Positions 45,646-54,713 of a DNA stretch of 64,000 bases are shown in pieces; the stretch's first letter is position 1, and every line of letters starts with the position of its first letter. The DNA lies in assembly GCA_046758445.1 (NCBI GenBank), contig JBHIAE010000013.1, forward strand, positions 5,252 to 69,251, given 5' to 3'. The translations under genes and the position numbers were made by a program. The stretch comes from Candidatus Thorarchaeota archaeon. Lineage in GTDB: Archaea > Asgardarchaeota > Thorarchaeia > Thorarchaeales > Thorarchaeaceae. Under the pieces are notes generated by a model. The model saw only the letters and a list, made by a program, of their open reading frames with translations, made no database searches and was not told the origin of the DNA.

Positions 45646-47757
45646 ATGGTCTTCATAGAGAGAAGCTTTCCAAGCAAGGAGATCGATGAGATAGCTTGGA
45701 GTGAGAGCAACTCTAGGAAACCGATATACCACATGCACAAGTGGTTCGCCAGAAGGGTAGGTTGTACATTCAGGGCAATCATTCTTGCTAGTTTTCTGGA
45801 AAGAAACCCAATGGATCGATACTACGAGCGCGTTCAGCTCACCAATGCTGAAGGGTCCCCACCAGTCATCCTTGATCCCTTCATGGGTGGCGGCACCACA
45901 ATCGTCGAAGGGCATCGTCTAGGATGCAAGATGATAGGCGTTGATGTCAATCCTGTGGCATGGTTCATCACGAAGCGAGAGCTTGAACATGTAGACCCAG
46001 AGAGTGCCACGAGGGAGTTCAGGAGAATCGAAGAGACCGTTGGTACCAGAATCCTCTCATTCTACAAGACGAGATGCAACAAAGACCACGATGGCGATGC
46101 GATGTACATCTTCTGGGTCAGAAAGATCAACTGCCAAGACTGCGGCGAAGAGGTCCCTCTCTTCAAGTCGTTTTTGTTAGCGAACCTTGGGTCGGATGGG
46201 AGAGTATACTATTGTCCTGACTGCAGAAAGATAGTCAAATCGAAAAAGGACCCCCTTTGTGAATGTGGTAGGGACCTTTCGGGGAGATATTCAACAAACA
46301 AGGAATACACATGTCCTTCTTGCGGCATTCAGGGGGACCTGACTTCTGCATGGTTATCAGATGGCAAACCTCCCGCTGAGGAGATGTTTGCAATAGAGTA
46401 CGACTGTAAGGTCTGTGGTAGAGAGTTCAAGACACCCGATGATAGTGATCTATCGCACTTTGAAGAGGCCAGGACTGAGTTTATTCGTCAGAAGACTCGG
46501 CTGATGGGCAGAATAATCCCTGAGAAGTGTGTGCCTTGGAACAAGATGGCGACAATGAGACCTCGGTGTCTCGTGTATGACAGATATCACCAGTTCTTCA
46601 ACGAGCGCCAGCTGTTGTCGTTGGCATTGATAATGGAGGAGATTCTAGAGATTGATGACATCTCGCTTAGGGAGTTCTTTGCACTCACATTCTCCGATGC
46701 ACTGAATGCCAACAACATGTTCTGCATATACAACACTACCGCACGAAAACTTGAACCGCTCTTTGGAGGTCACTACTTCTCTCCACCAACAACGCCAGTC
46801 GAGAACAATGTCTGGGGTGCCAGAGTAGGAAGAGGCACTTTTCGGAGGTACTTCCTGAAGGGTCTGAGGGCCCTCAAGTACCAAAGTAGCCCCCATGAAA
46901 TAAGGTTCAACTCGAACATTGGGATTGGGGGAGGAGTCGTCAGGCATAGAGAACGTGTGGTAATCCCAGGTGACCGGATAGATGCAGAGTTTGCAGACTC
47001 CTTCAGCGACCTCGAAGAGGGAAAGGACACGCTTCTCACTTGCAAGTCATCAGAAGACCTTGGTATGCTCCCTGACAACTCTGTTGATGCAGTAGTCACC
47101 GACCCCCCATACTATGACAACATCATGTATTCGGAGCTCTCTGAATTCTTCTACGTATGGCTGCAGAAGATAGTCCCCGATGCATTTCGGAACTTGTCGT
47201 CTGGGTCATCAAGTTCAGACGACAGAGAGATTCTAGTAAACTCCAAGATTGGCAAAGGAGATAGCTTCTTCGTGGACTCCATGACTCGAGTCTACATGGA
47301 ACTCAACAGAGTGCTCAAGGATGATGGCCTACTCACGTTCGTCTTCCAGCACAAGCGGCCGAAGGCTTGGTCAGCACTCCTCAAGACTCTGATTAGGTCT
47401 GAGTTCCAAGTCACGGCCATGTATCCAACTCATGGCGAAACCCCCAGTGGTGTCCGAGCTCATGGCATGAGCTACAACACCATTCTTGTCTGCAGAAAAG
47501 GGTTGGAAAGAACACAGAGCCCGATCTCCATGGATGAATTGAGAGATAGAATCCGTACCAGCGTGTTTCAAGTTCTCGTTGACCATCCGGAGATCAACGA
47601 AACCGAAGCACTAGTGCTCGCCATGGGGAAGGCACTCCAGATTTGCACTCAGGATGCTGGATTGATAGACATCGCCAGAGAAGATCAATCAGAAAAAGGA
47701 TCGACGGACATGCTGGAGCACCTTGTGAGAGAGAGTATCAGGGATCACTACTCGTAA
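45646..47757 (+). CDS. DUF1156/COG1743 adenine-specific DNA methyltransferase with zinc-ribbon insert
   Basis: N-terminal SFPSKEIDEIAWSESNSRKPIYHMHKWFARR (DUF1156 hallmark), motif I LDPFMGGGTT, multi-Cys zinc ribbon (CQDCG...CPDC...CECG...CPSCG), motif IV VVTDPPYYDN. Confidence 0.8.
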   Translation: MVFIERSFPSKEIDEIAWSESNSRKPIYHMHKWFARRVGCTFRAIILASFLERNPMDRYYERVQLTNAEGSPPVILDPFMGGGTTIVEGHRLGCKMIGVDVNPVAWFITKRELEHVDPESATREFRRIEETVGTRILSFYKTRCNKDHDGDAMYIFWVRKINCQDCGEEVPLFKSFLLANLGSDGRVYYCPDCRKIVKSKKDPLCECGRDLSGRYSTNKEYTCPSCGIQGDLTSAWLSDGKPPAEEMFAIEYDCKVCGREFKTPDDSDLSHFEEARTEFIRQKTRLMGRIIPEKCVPWNKMATMRPRCLVYDRYHQFFNERQLLSLALIMEEILEIDDISLREFFALTFSDALNANNMFCIYNTTARKLEPLFGGHYFSPPTTPVENNVWGARVGRGTFRRYFLKGLRALKYQSSPHEIRFNSNIGIGGGVVRHRERVVIPGDRIDAEFADSFSDLEEGKDTLLTCKSSEDLGMLPDNSVDAVVTDPPYYDNIMYSELSEFFYVWLQKIVPDAFRNLSSGSSSSDDREILVNSKIGKGDSFFVDSMTRVYMELNRVLKDDGLLTFVFQHKRPKAWSALLKTLIRSEFQVTAMYPTHGETPSGVRAHGMSYNTILVCRKGLERTQSPISMDELRDRIRTSVFQVLVDHPEINETEALVLAMGKALQICTQDAGLIDIAREDQSEKGSTDMLEHLVRESIRDHYS

Positions 47758-47781
47758 GTGGTACACGCTGTACGGGTTTGG

Positions 47782-49068
47782 TCATGAAGACAATGGAACT
47801 TGAAGCAGGTACTTGAAGCCCAAGTCTTGACTATTCATGACGTCTTGCTTGAGCGTCTTCACGACACGCCTTATTCGCTCCGAGCCAATCTCTGAAACCG
47901 TCTTGAAGCCTGCCTCTACGGCCCTTGAGTCTGCTGGTACTTCTTCGGGACTCTGTACCATGATGAACCTTCTATTGCCGCCGTCTTCATGATTCAGCTC
48001 GAGAACTGCATGTGCTGTAGTACAGGATCCCGCAAAGAAGTCCAAGACGATGTCATTCTCACTGGCCTCAGTGCTTAGACTTAACATCCTCTTAATCAGT
48101 CGTACCGGTTTCGGGGTGTCGAATACTCCAACGTCACCAAAGATCTCTCGAATGCTACGACGAGCCTCCTGATTGTCCCCAACCTCTGTGCGTTTCCAGA
48201 TAGTTCGAGGAGTGACTCCTGGCTTGACGTCAGAGAGAAAACGCTTCAGTCGCGGCACGTTGCCCCCCTGATCGCCGAACCAGACCCGATTCTCGCTAAC
48301 CAGCGCGAGGAATGAACTCTTCGGCATACCCCAACATCTACCTCTCGGCGGCTTCACAATACGACCTGAAGGGGTGGTAATCTCATAGTCGTAGTCCTTG
48401 TTGTACGTCTTCACAGTCAGGTCGCTTGAAGTCCACGGACCACGTGCGTCCTCATCTCGATTCTTATAGCGGGAGTCAACCTCATCTGTACGCGGCAACA
48501 GGTTAGGACGCCATCTTTCCTTGGTGCGGGCGTAGAGCAAGATGTAGTCATGGTTGTCCGACAACCATCTGGCGTCATTCTGTGGTGAGAACTTCTTCTC
48601 CCAGACAATAGTGGCAACGAAGTTCTCCTCACCAAAGACCTCATTCATCATCATGCGAAGGTGATGAACCTCATTGTCATCAATCGATGCGAAGATGACG
48701 CCGTCCTCCCTGAGCAGCTTGCGTGCGAGTAGCAATCTTGGAAATATCATTGAAAACCAACCAGAATGAGGATTCTCGTTTGAAGATGAATTGAGTCCGG
48801 TCTGGTGTCTATCGCTGTATACGTAGGCCCCGCCAGAATTGTATGGGGGGTCAATGTAGATCATTCTGACCTTGCCCTCGTACTGCGATTGAAGCAGTTT
48901 AAGGACTTCTAGATTGTCACCCTCGACAAACATATTCTTGGTGTTGTCAAATTCGACTGACTGCTCCAGATTGGGTTCTAGTCTGAACAAGGACGGTGAG
49001 AACGCGCGCTCTCGTGCCTTGTCCTTTCTAGGCCACAAAAGAGTGCAAGTGTGATCTCGCTCGGTCAT
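47782..49068 (-). CDS. Beta-class amino-DNA methyltransferase (Type III Mod-like/Type II N6A or N4C)
   Basis: Motif IV IYIDPPYNSG near N-terminus, motif I VLDFFAGSCTTAHA near C-terminus; 428 aa; convergent with the DUF1156 MTase, 24-nt gap. Confidence 0.8.
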   Translation of the reverse strand: MTERDHTCTLLWPRKDKARERAFSPSLFRLEPNLEQSVEFDNTKNMFVEGDNLEVLKLLQSQYEGKVRMIYIDPPYNSGGAYVYSDRHQTGLNSSSNENPHSGWFSMIFPRLLLARKLLREDGVIFASIDDNEVHHLRMMMNEVFGEENFVATIVWEKKFSPQNDARWLSDNHDYILLYARTKERWRPNLLPRTDEVDSRYKNRDEDARGPWTSSDLTVKTYNKDYDYEITTPSGRIVKPPRGRCWGMPKSSFLALVSENRVWFGDQGGNVPRLKRFLSDVKPGVTPRTIWKRTEVGDNQEARRSIREIFGDVGVFDTPKPVRLIKRMLSLSTEASENDIVLDFFAGSCTTAHAVLELNHEDGGNRRFIMVQSPEEVPADSRAVEAGFKTVSEIGSERIRRVVKTLKQDVMNSQDLGFKYLLQVPLSS

Positions 49069-49110
49069 TCTGCAAAGTAAAAGGATTCAGTTGCTCGTAT
49101 TTCAGTATTG

Positions 49111-50175
49111 TCAGCGGCCAGCGGTTCTGTTGCGGATTATCTGGATGGATCTCTCCAAAGGGATGCTCCAAGTACACGTCTTCTGATCGAGCAGCTCAAG
49201 AGGATGTGACGGTTTGACCAAAGGAGAACTGTGCAAGGTCTGGAAGAAGTAGGATGCGACGTGGGGACGGATGATGTCAAAGCCCCTCAGGAATCCCTTG
49301 TGGTCCCTTGATGACAGACTGAAGCGTATGTAGTATCGCGTTCTCGACTCCATCATGACATAGAGTTGAAACGGGAGTTCATAGAAACTCTTGAGAACGC
49401 CATCTACAGGTTCTTCAAGCTCCAGAAACATGACAATCATTCCATGGTCACTATACGGAGAGAATGCAGACTTGTAGCCCTTTATGATGCCGGTCCTCTC
49501 CAAACGGTGGAGCCTCTTATTGACTTGGGTCTCTGAGAGTCCTAATTGCTGGGAGAGTTGCTTCTGAGTCATCTCTGACGCCTTCGTAACATGTTTGAGC
49601 AGAAGCACGTCCTTAGAGTCGAAATCTACAACTCTGGGACTGAGTTCCATTCTTGGTGGAGACCCCTCTCTAGTTCGTAGATTCCTCTCAATCTGCTTGT
49701 ACCACTCTGTCCAATCCCATGACCAGCTTGAGTCAGTGTTGAAGTACCGGTAATCCGCTCGTTTGTACTCATAGTCCACAATGTCAAAGATATGGTAGTC
49801 AGCTACGAGGTCTTCTTCTTGCATGGCCCTCAATAGTGTCCTCGTTGTGCTTGGAGAAGAGAGAGGATAAGCAGTCTGAGCGATGTAGCCGTTGTACTTC
49901 CCGTAAGTTTCGCTATACCAGTAGAATGGTGTGAGTGCTTCAATCACATATCGAAGATGGCGCGTCCCTCTCCTACTCGTTTCTAATGCAACGAGGTTGT
50001 TGCCGAGACCTAACTTACGCTCATGTGCGATGGCATGAGGAGGGTAGAGGATACCGGTCCTCCTCAATCTTGAGCGTCGATACCTGACAGTCCTAGAGGG
50101 AATCCCAAGAGTTTCTCCTAGCTGCTTCGCTGAGGCTTTGGCTCCAATCTCATCAAGAGCACCAATGATGTCCAA
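49111..50175 (-). CDS. Tandem Lrp/AsnC-like transcriptional regulator (two HTH + ligand-domain modules in one polypeptide)
   Basis: Two HTH-like stretches (LGETLGIPSRTVRYRRSRLRRTGIL; LSQQLGLSETQVNKRLHRLERTGII); 354 aa. Confidence 0.5.
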   Translation of the reverse strand: MDIIGALDEIGAKASAKQLGETLGIPSRTVRYRRSRLRRTGILYPPHAIAHERKLGLGNNLVALETSRRGTRHLRYVIEALTPFYWYSETYGKYNGYIAQTAYPLSSPSTTRTLLRAMQEEDLVADYHIFDIVDYEYKRADYRYFNTDSSWSWDWTEWYKQIERNLRTREGSPPRMELSPRVVDFDSKDVLLLKHVTKASEMTQKQLSQQLGLSETQVNKRLHRLERTGIIKGYKSAFSPYSDHGMIVMFLELEEPVDGVLKSFYELPFQLYVMMESRTRYYIRFSLSSRDHKGFLRGFDIIRPHVASYFFQTLHSSPLVKPSHPLELLDQKTCTWSIPLERSIQIIRNRTAGR

Positions 50176-50394
50176 GTCCTTGCGATCGATGGAAAGGTCA
50201 CTTGTCAGGTGATCACTTCCCTACTATGAAGCCAGAGAATTCATTTAATGATAGGTTTCCGAGTACGAAGCCTTACGCTGTTGGCAACTCTTATAAAACG
50301 AGAATTGCCTATGGTACGTTTGATGGTGCAAAGTTGGCAATCGGACCACCATGAAGTGGCCGAAACTTGCATCAGTTCCTAAGGAGGATAAGAT

Positions 50395-50679
50395 GTGCGA
50401 TTACCATTCGGACTCACCAAGAGTTCAATTGTAGTTCTTGACAAACTGGCCAATGAAGGCCCGATGTACCCACAGGAGATTGCTGACAAAGTGGGTCTCG
50501 CCCCACGAACTGTCACTCTTGCCTTGAGGAACCTTCTGAAACATAATCTATGTCGCAAGGTTGCCAACTTCCAAGACATGCGTAAACCGCTCTATCACGC
50601 TGACATCGAGAGAGTCCGCAAGCTTGAGAAAGAGCTTGACATCTGGAGAACACTCGCGAGCGTGCAAGTACGAGCATAG
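50395..50679 (+). CDS. Small winged-helix transcription regulator (MarR/PadR-like)
   Basis: ...PMYPQEIADKVGLAPRTVTLALRNLLKHNL... HTH. Confidence 0.45.
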   Translation: MRLPFGLTKSSIVVLDKLANEGPMYPQEIADKVGLAPRTVTLALRNLLKHNLCRKVANFQDMRKPLYHADIERVRKLEKELDIWRTLASVQVRA

Positions 50680-50777
50680 GATATGCATCAGTGACGTGTC
50701 TTCACTTCTTTGCGGACTAGTGCTGATGCCATTTCTTTGTCGCAAGAGAGTAGAATGAGATCTGATAACGACTACTC

Positions 50778-51116
50778 TTACTCGTTGAAGCAGCCTTTGA
50801 GAACAGCGTGCATGATCGCACCTCGCACCTTATCGATGTCTGGCAATCCTGCAATGACATTCCTACAGATGCTGATGGTCGGGAGCCCAATGATTCCTGA
50901 GTAGTCACGAACATCACCGCCAAGCGCGCTAGCATCAACCAGCTTGATAGTGGTATCCGCAAGCCCAAAATCAGACACTACCTCTTTGAGAATCTCCCAC
51001 GCAGCATCACAGAAGAAGCAGTCATTGCCTGTGTACAAGGTGATACAGCCAGGTTTTCCACAGGGTGTCTTCGTTGGCTCAAGTAGGATACTGGGCAAGT
51101 GAGTTCTGACGGTCAT
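50778..51116 (-). CDS. Glutaredoxin/thioredoxin-fold protein (CxxC)
   Basis: ITLYTGNDCFFCDAAWEIL... CFFC redox motif in thioredoxin-fold context. Confidence 0.55.
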   Translation of the reverse strand: MTVRTHLPSILLEPTKTPCGKPGCITLYTGNDCFFCDAAWEILKEVVSDFGLADTTIKLVDASALGGDVRDYSGIIGLPTISICRNVIAGLPDIDKVRGAIMHAVLKGCFNE

Positions 51117-51369
51117 GTTGATTCAAGACACCAGTAGTCAATTGGTATATAATGGGTTGTAGTGAAACCATCCATTCACAGAAGTCCGCAAAACATCCTC
51201 CCGCTGCGCTCTGTTTGTATTACATTGGCCGTCTGGAGACCGACTGCGACTCCAGCAGTTTCCGTGGAAAGTTCGAAGCTTCCGCACCCGGACTCAACTT
51301 AACATTCGGACACATATCATCCTCGTATATAACCAGGTCCAAGGCTACGGAAGAGACTCCTCGGTCTGC

Positions 51370-52656
51370 CTACACGACCCCGCACGCAATGCCGAGTCCA
51401 CGTTGTAGATCTGCAAGAAGGTCTTCAGAATCCTCAATGCCCACTGAGAGTCTAACAGTGGACTCCGAGATGCCCATCTCTGACAACACATCGTTGTTGA
51501 TGCCATAATGTGTGGTGAGCACAGGAATGCTAGCCAGACTCTCAACGCCCCCTAGGGAAACAGCATTCAGAAAGATCCTCAGCGAGTCTACGAAGGTACG
51601 AGTGGCCGCTAGGTCACAGTCTACCTCGAGAGACAACATTCCACCGAAGCCCTTCATCTGCTTCTTGGCAATATCATGGTTTGGATGACTTGGAAGCGCT
51701 GGATAGTGGACTCTCCTCACTCGGGGATCTTTCGAGAGCGTTTCAGCAAGATATAACGCGCTAGAGTTGTGTTGTGCCATTCTGACCGCCAGCGTCTTGA
51801 TTCCTCGGTCTAGAAGAAACGCGGCGAATGGATCGACTGTTCCTCCCAATAGCTTTGCTGCACTTCTTATCTTGTCGATTACCTCTTTTGAGCCCGACAC
51901 TGTTCCCGCGATGATGTCAGTGTGGCCACCGAGGTACTTGGTCGCGCTATGCATCACCACATCAATGCCCAGCTTGTGTGGTTGCTGGTTTATTGGAGTT
52001 GCAAAGGTACTGTCAATCATGCTTGTTGTCCCCACAGAGCGAGCAGCATCAGCGACTTTGGAAATATCCACTATTCTCAGTGTGGGATTCGTAGGTGTTT
52101 CAAAGAAGCAGAGCTTGTACTTGCCACCTGAGTCTGAGAGATGGTCGGCAAACTCGTCGTGGTCAACCATGTCAACTTCGATTCCATTCTGAGGGAGTAC
52201 ATCCTCAAAGAGATGTACAGTCCCGCCGTAGATGGACTCACTGGACAGAATTCGCTCGCCTCCCTTCACTAGACCCATCACAGCTGTGGTGATGGCAGCC
52301 ATTCCGGAAGACAGGACAAGTGTGTCTTCCGTTCTCTCAAGGGAACTGATCTTGTCCTCCACATGCTTTGTCGTGGGATTGCTCCACCTTGTGTACACAT
52401 GACCTCCAGACTTGCCCGTCACTGAGTCAAGCATCTCGTCCTGATTCTCAAAGACGAATGTTGATGTCTGGACGATGGGAACAGCTGCAGGTCCCGACTT
52501 CTGAACCTTGGTGCCTTGGACGCATAGAGTTGCTGGTCGTCTCTCTTCACTACTCATTCTTCTCACTCCAGATTGTTCAGTCAAACATGATTGGGATACT
52601 TCAGATGGTATGTGCTTTGACTTATAGATGAGTGCAAAGGGACTTGGGCCCACCAT
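51370..52656 (-). CDS. Cys/Met-metabolism PLP enzyme (cystathionine gamma-synthase/O-acetylhomoserine sulfhydrylase family)
   Basis: HSATKYLGGHTD PLP-lysine motif; 428 aa; cannot assign MetB/MetC/MetY. Confidence 0.8.
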   Translation of the reverse strand: MVGPSPFALIYKSKHIPSEVSQSCLTEQSGVRRMSSEERRPATLCVQGTKVQKSGPAAVPIVQTSTFVFENQDEMLDSVTGKSGGHVYTRWSNPTTKHVEDKISSLERTEDTLVLSSGMAAITTAVMGLVKGGERILSSESIYGGTVHLFEDVLPQNGIEVDMVDHDEFADHLSDSGGKYKLCFFETPTNPTLRIVDISKVADAARSVGTTSMIDSTFATPINQQPHKLGIDVVMHSATKYLGGHTDIIAGTVSGSKEVIDKIRSAAKLLGGTVDPFAAFLLDRGIKTLAVRMAQHNSSALYLAETLSKDPRVRRVHYPALPSHPNHDIAKKQMKGFGGMLSLEVDCDLAATRTFVDSLRIFLNAVSLGGVESLASIPVLTTHYGINNDVLSEMGISESTVRLSVGIEDSEDLLADLQRGLGIACGVV

Positions 52657-53395
52657 GAAAGAGAAGTCTCAAATCACAGTTTGTCCTCAAGTGGGCCCAG
52701 AGGTTCTCAGCATGAACGACCAGGCTACAGGACTTCCGTGTACCTGTGCTGATGAGTCAGTCTGTGGCGACTGTACTCTTGAAGACTTGTTGAACTGTAG
52801 ATACGACGAAGAGCTTGTGATGTGCTTTCGCAAAAGACATCTGCCGTATCGTGGACTCGCCTTGTTGACAGTGGGCATTGCATCTTCCGTGACCAGTGTG
52901 TGGTGGATGTGTTTTGCGTACGCACTAGTCACGCTGTTGAACTTCACACTGATTGAGTCTTGGTACCTGTGTAGACACTGTCCGTTCTATGTGAAGGAGG
53001 GCCGTACTCTACACTGCATCACCTTGAAGGGAATGCCCAGACTATGGAGATATGATCCTGGACCTCTGAACCGAACCGATAGGATGGCAATGCTCCTGGT
53101 TGGGGGTTTCATAGACCTCTTTCCAATTGTTGCGGGTGGATATGCTACTTGGGCCCTATTCACGGTCGGGGCCGATACGGTCCTCGTCACCGCGATTGCT
53201 GCCATGACCATACTGATGCTCGGTGTATCTGTCTACATCGGCAGATTCCTGGCTGACAACTATTGTGTCAAGTGCGTGAACTTCTCCTGTGTCATGAGCA
53301 AGACACCAAAGGCTGTGGCTGACGAATACTTACAGAGGAACCCGTTCATGAGGGAAATATGGGAAGCTTGTGGGTACGTGCTTGGAGATGAGTAG
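52628..53395 (+). CDS. Membrane protein with N-terminal Cys-rich segment
   Basis: CTCADESVCGDC then four hydrophobic helices. Confidence 0.4.
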   Translation: MSAKGLGPTMKEKSQITVCPQVGPEVLSMNDQATGLPCTCADESVCGDCTLEDLLNCRYDEELVMCFRKRHLPYRGLALLTVGIASSVTSVWWMCFAYALVTLLNFTLIESWYLCRHCPFYVKEGRTLHCITLKGMPRLWRYDPGPLNRTDRMAMLLVGGFIDLFPIVAGGYATWALFTVGADTVLVTAIAAMTILMLGVSVYIGRFLADNYCVKCVNFSCVMSKTPKAVADEYLQRNPFMREIWEACGYVLGDE

Positions 53396-53455
53396 CCAAT
53401 ACGGGCACACAGGGCTGCCCAAGTCGACTTCACTCGGAGGAGGGAATGTAAGTCC

Positions 53456-53968
53456 ATGACTGATGAAGGTAAGAAAGAGCTTGTTGAGAACCTTCAGGCA
53501 GAGCGTGCTAGGATTGAGGCCATGTTGGCTGAATTGACTGAAGAGCAAATGGAGATACCAGGCGTACAGCATGACTGGTCTGTGAAGGATATCATAGCGC
53601 ACATCACAACTTGGGAGCGCAGAGGGACAGGATGGATAAAATCAATGGTCGATGGAGAAGACCCACAAGTGTCATTCAAAGATCATGCTTGGGAAGAAAT
53701 GGTGGCTGCACATGATCAACTCAACTTGGACATCTATCACCAAAACCGTGACAGACCGCTTCAAGATATTCTGTCAGAGTTCAATCAGTCCTTCCCGCTC
53801 TTAATGGACCAAGTGCGAAGTCTGACTGATGAAGACCTGGACAAGCAGTACTCGTTTCGCTGGGCCAAGGACCATGTGAGTGGACGTCAAATCGTTGCTT
53901 GGCGCTTCTACCACTATCGTTTGCATGCCAAGCACATAGAAGCCTGGCTGGATTCTCTGAGGTGTTGA
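53456..53968 (+). CDS. ClbS/DfsB (DUF1706) family four-helix-bundle protein
   Basis: WSVKDIIAHITTWE ... FRWAKDHVSG...VAWRFYHYRLHAKHIEAWL follows ClbS/DfsB pattern (recollection). Confidence 0.55.
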   Translation: MTDEGKKELVENLQAERARIEAMLAELTEEQMEIPGVQHDWSVKDIIAHITTWERRGTGWIKSMVDGEDPQVSFKDHAWEEMVAAHDQLNLDIYHQNRDRPLQDILSEFNQSFPLLMDQVRSLTDEDLDKQYSFRWAKDHVSGRQIVAWRFYHYRLHAKHIEAWLDSLRC

Positions 53969-53989
53969 ATCTCCGGCAAGGCTACATCG

Positions 53990-54670
53990 TCAGTCGTCCC
54001 GCAACACCCGCCACGCTAGACATGTGCCAACAGTTTCGAGTGGATGCCATTTCTCAGCAAACTTCTTGACCTGAGAGGGAGTCGGCATGTCCTCTAGGCC
54101 ATAAAGCTTCATCATGCCCTTGCGAACACCCAGGTCTCCTGGAGAGAGAACGTCTAGTCGGCCAAGAGAGAAGATCAGATACATCTGTACTGTCCACTCA
54201 CCCACACCTTTGATGGCTGTGAAGAGCTGGACAATCTCAGCGCTGGACAGCTTCTTGAGTGCATCAAGACTGGTGTAGCTTCTGAGAGGACCTCCCTTGC
54301 CAAATGCTGCGGCAACATTATGGAGGTAAGAGGCCTTTTGCCTAGATAGACCAACACTTCGAAGTTCTTCTTGTGAAACTGCTAGGACCGATTCTGACGT
54401 CAAGTCACCAACGAGTTCGATCATTCTATCATGGATTGTGCGAGCTGCCTTCCCTGACAACTGCTGGTAGACTATGGATCTCACGAGCATCTGGAATGGT
54501 GGTTCCTTGGAGGGTTCTAGCACCAGCTCCCTAGAGCTGATGGCATCTTTGAGTTCAGGGGCCTTCTTTGCGAATCTGGCGAGTACTCTTGCGGTGAAGA
54601 CGTTTGGCATCAGCTCATCAGAGGAAGAACACTCTGAAGAATTGTACTGCTTACGCAAATACTCGACCAA
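53990..54670 (-). CDS. alkA: DNA-3-methyladenine glycosylase II (AlkA-like HhH-GPD)
   Basis: HhH-GPD motif IKGVGEWTVQMYLIF...LSPGDLGVRKGM; catalytic Asp context. Confidence 0.7.
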   Translation of the reverse strand: MVEYLRKQYNSSECSSSDELMPNVFTARVLARFAKKAPELKDAISSRELVLEPSKEPPFQMLVRSIVYQQLSGKAARTIHDRMIELVGDLTSESVLAVSQEELRSVGLSRQKASYLHNVAAAFGKGGPLRSYTSLDALKKLSSAEIVQLFTAIKGVGEWTVQMYLIFSLGRLDVLSPGDLGVRKGMMKLYGLEDMPTPSQVKKFAEKWHPLETVGTCLAWRVLRDD

Positions 54671-54713
54671 GTGCCAGCGTGCCCAGGAACTGAGAACTCC
54701 TTGATTCGAGATC

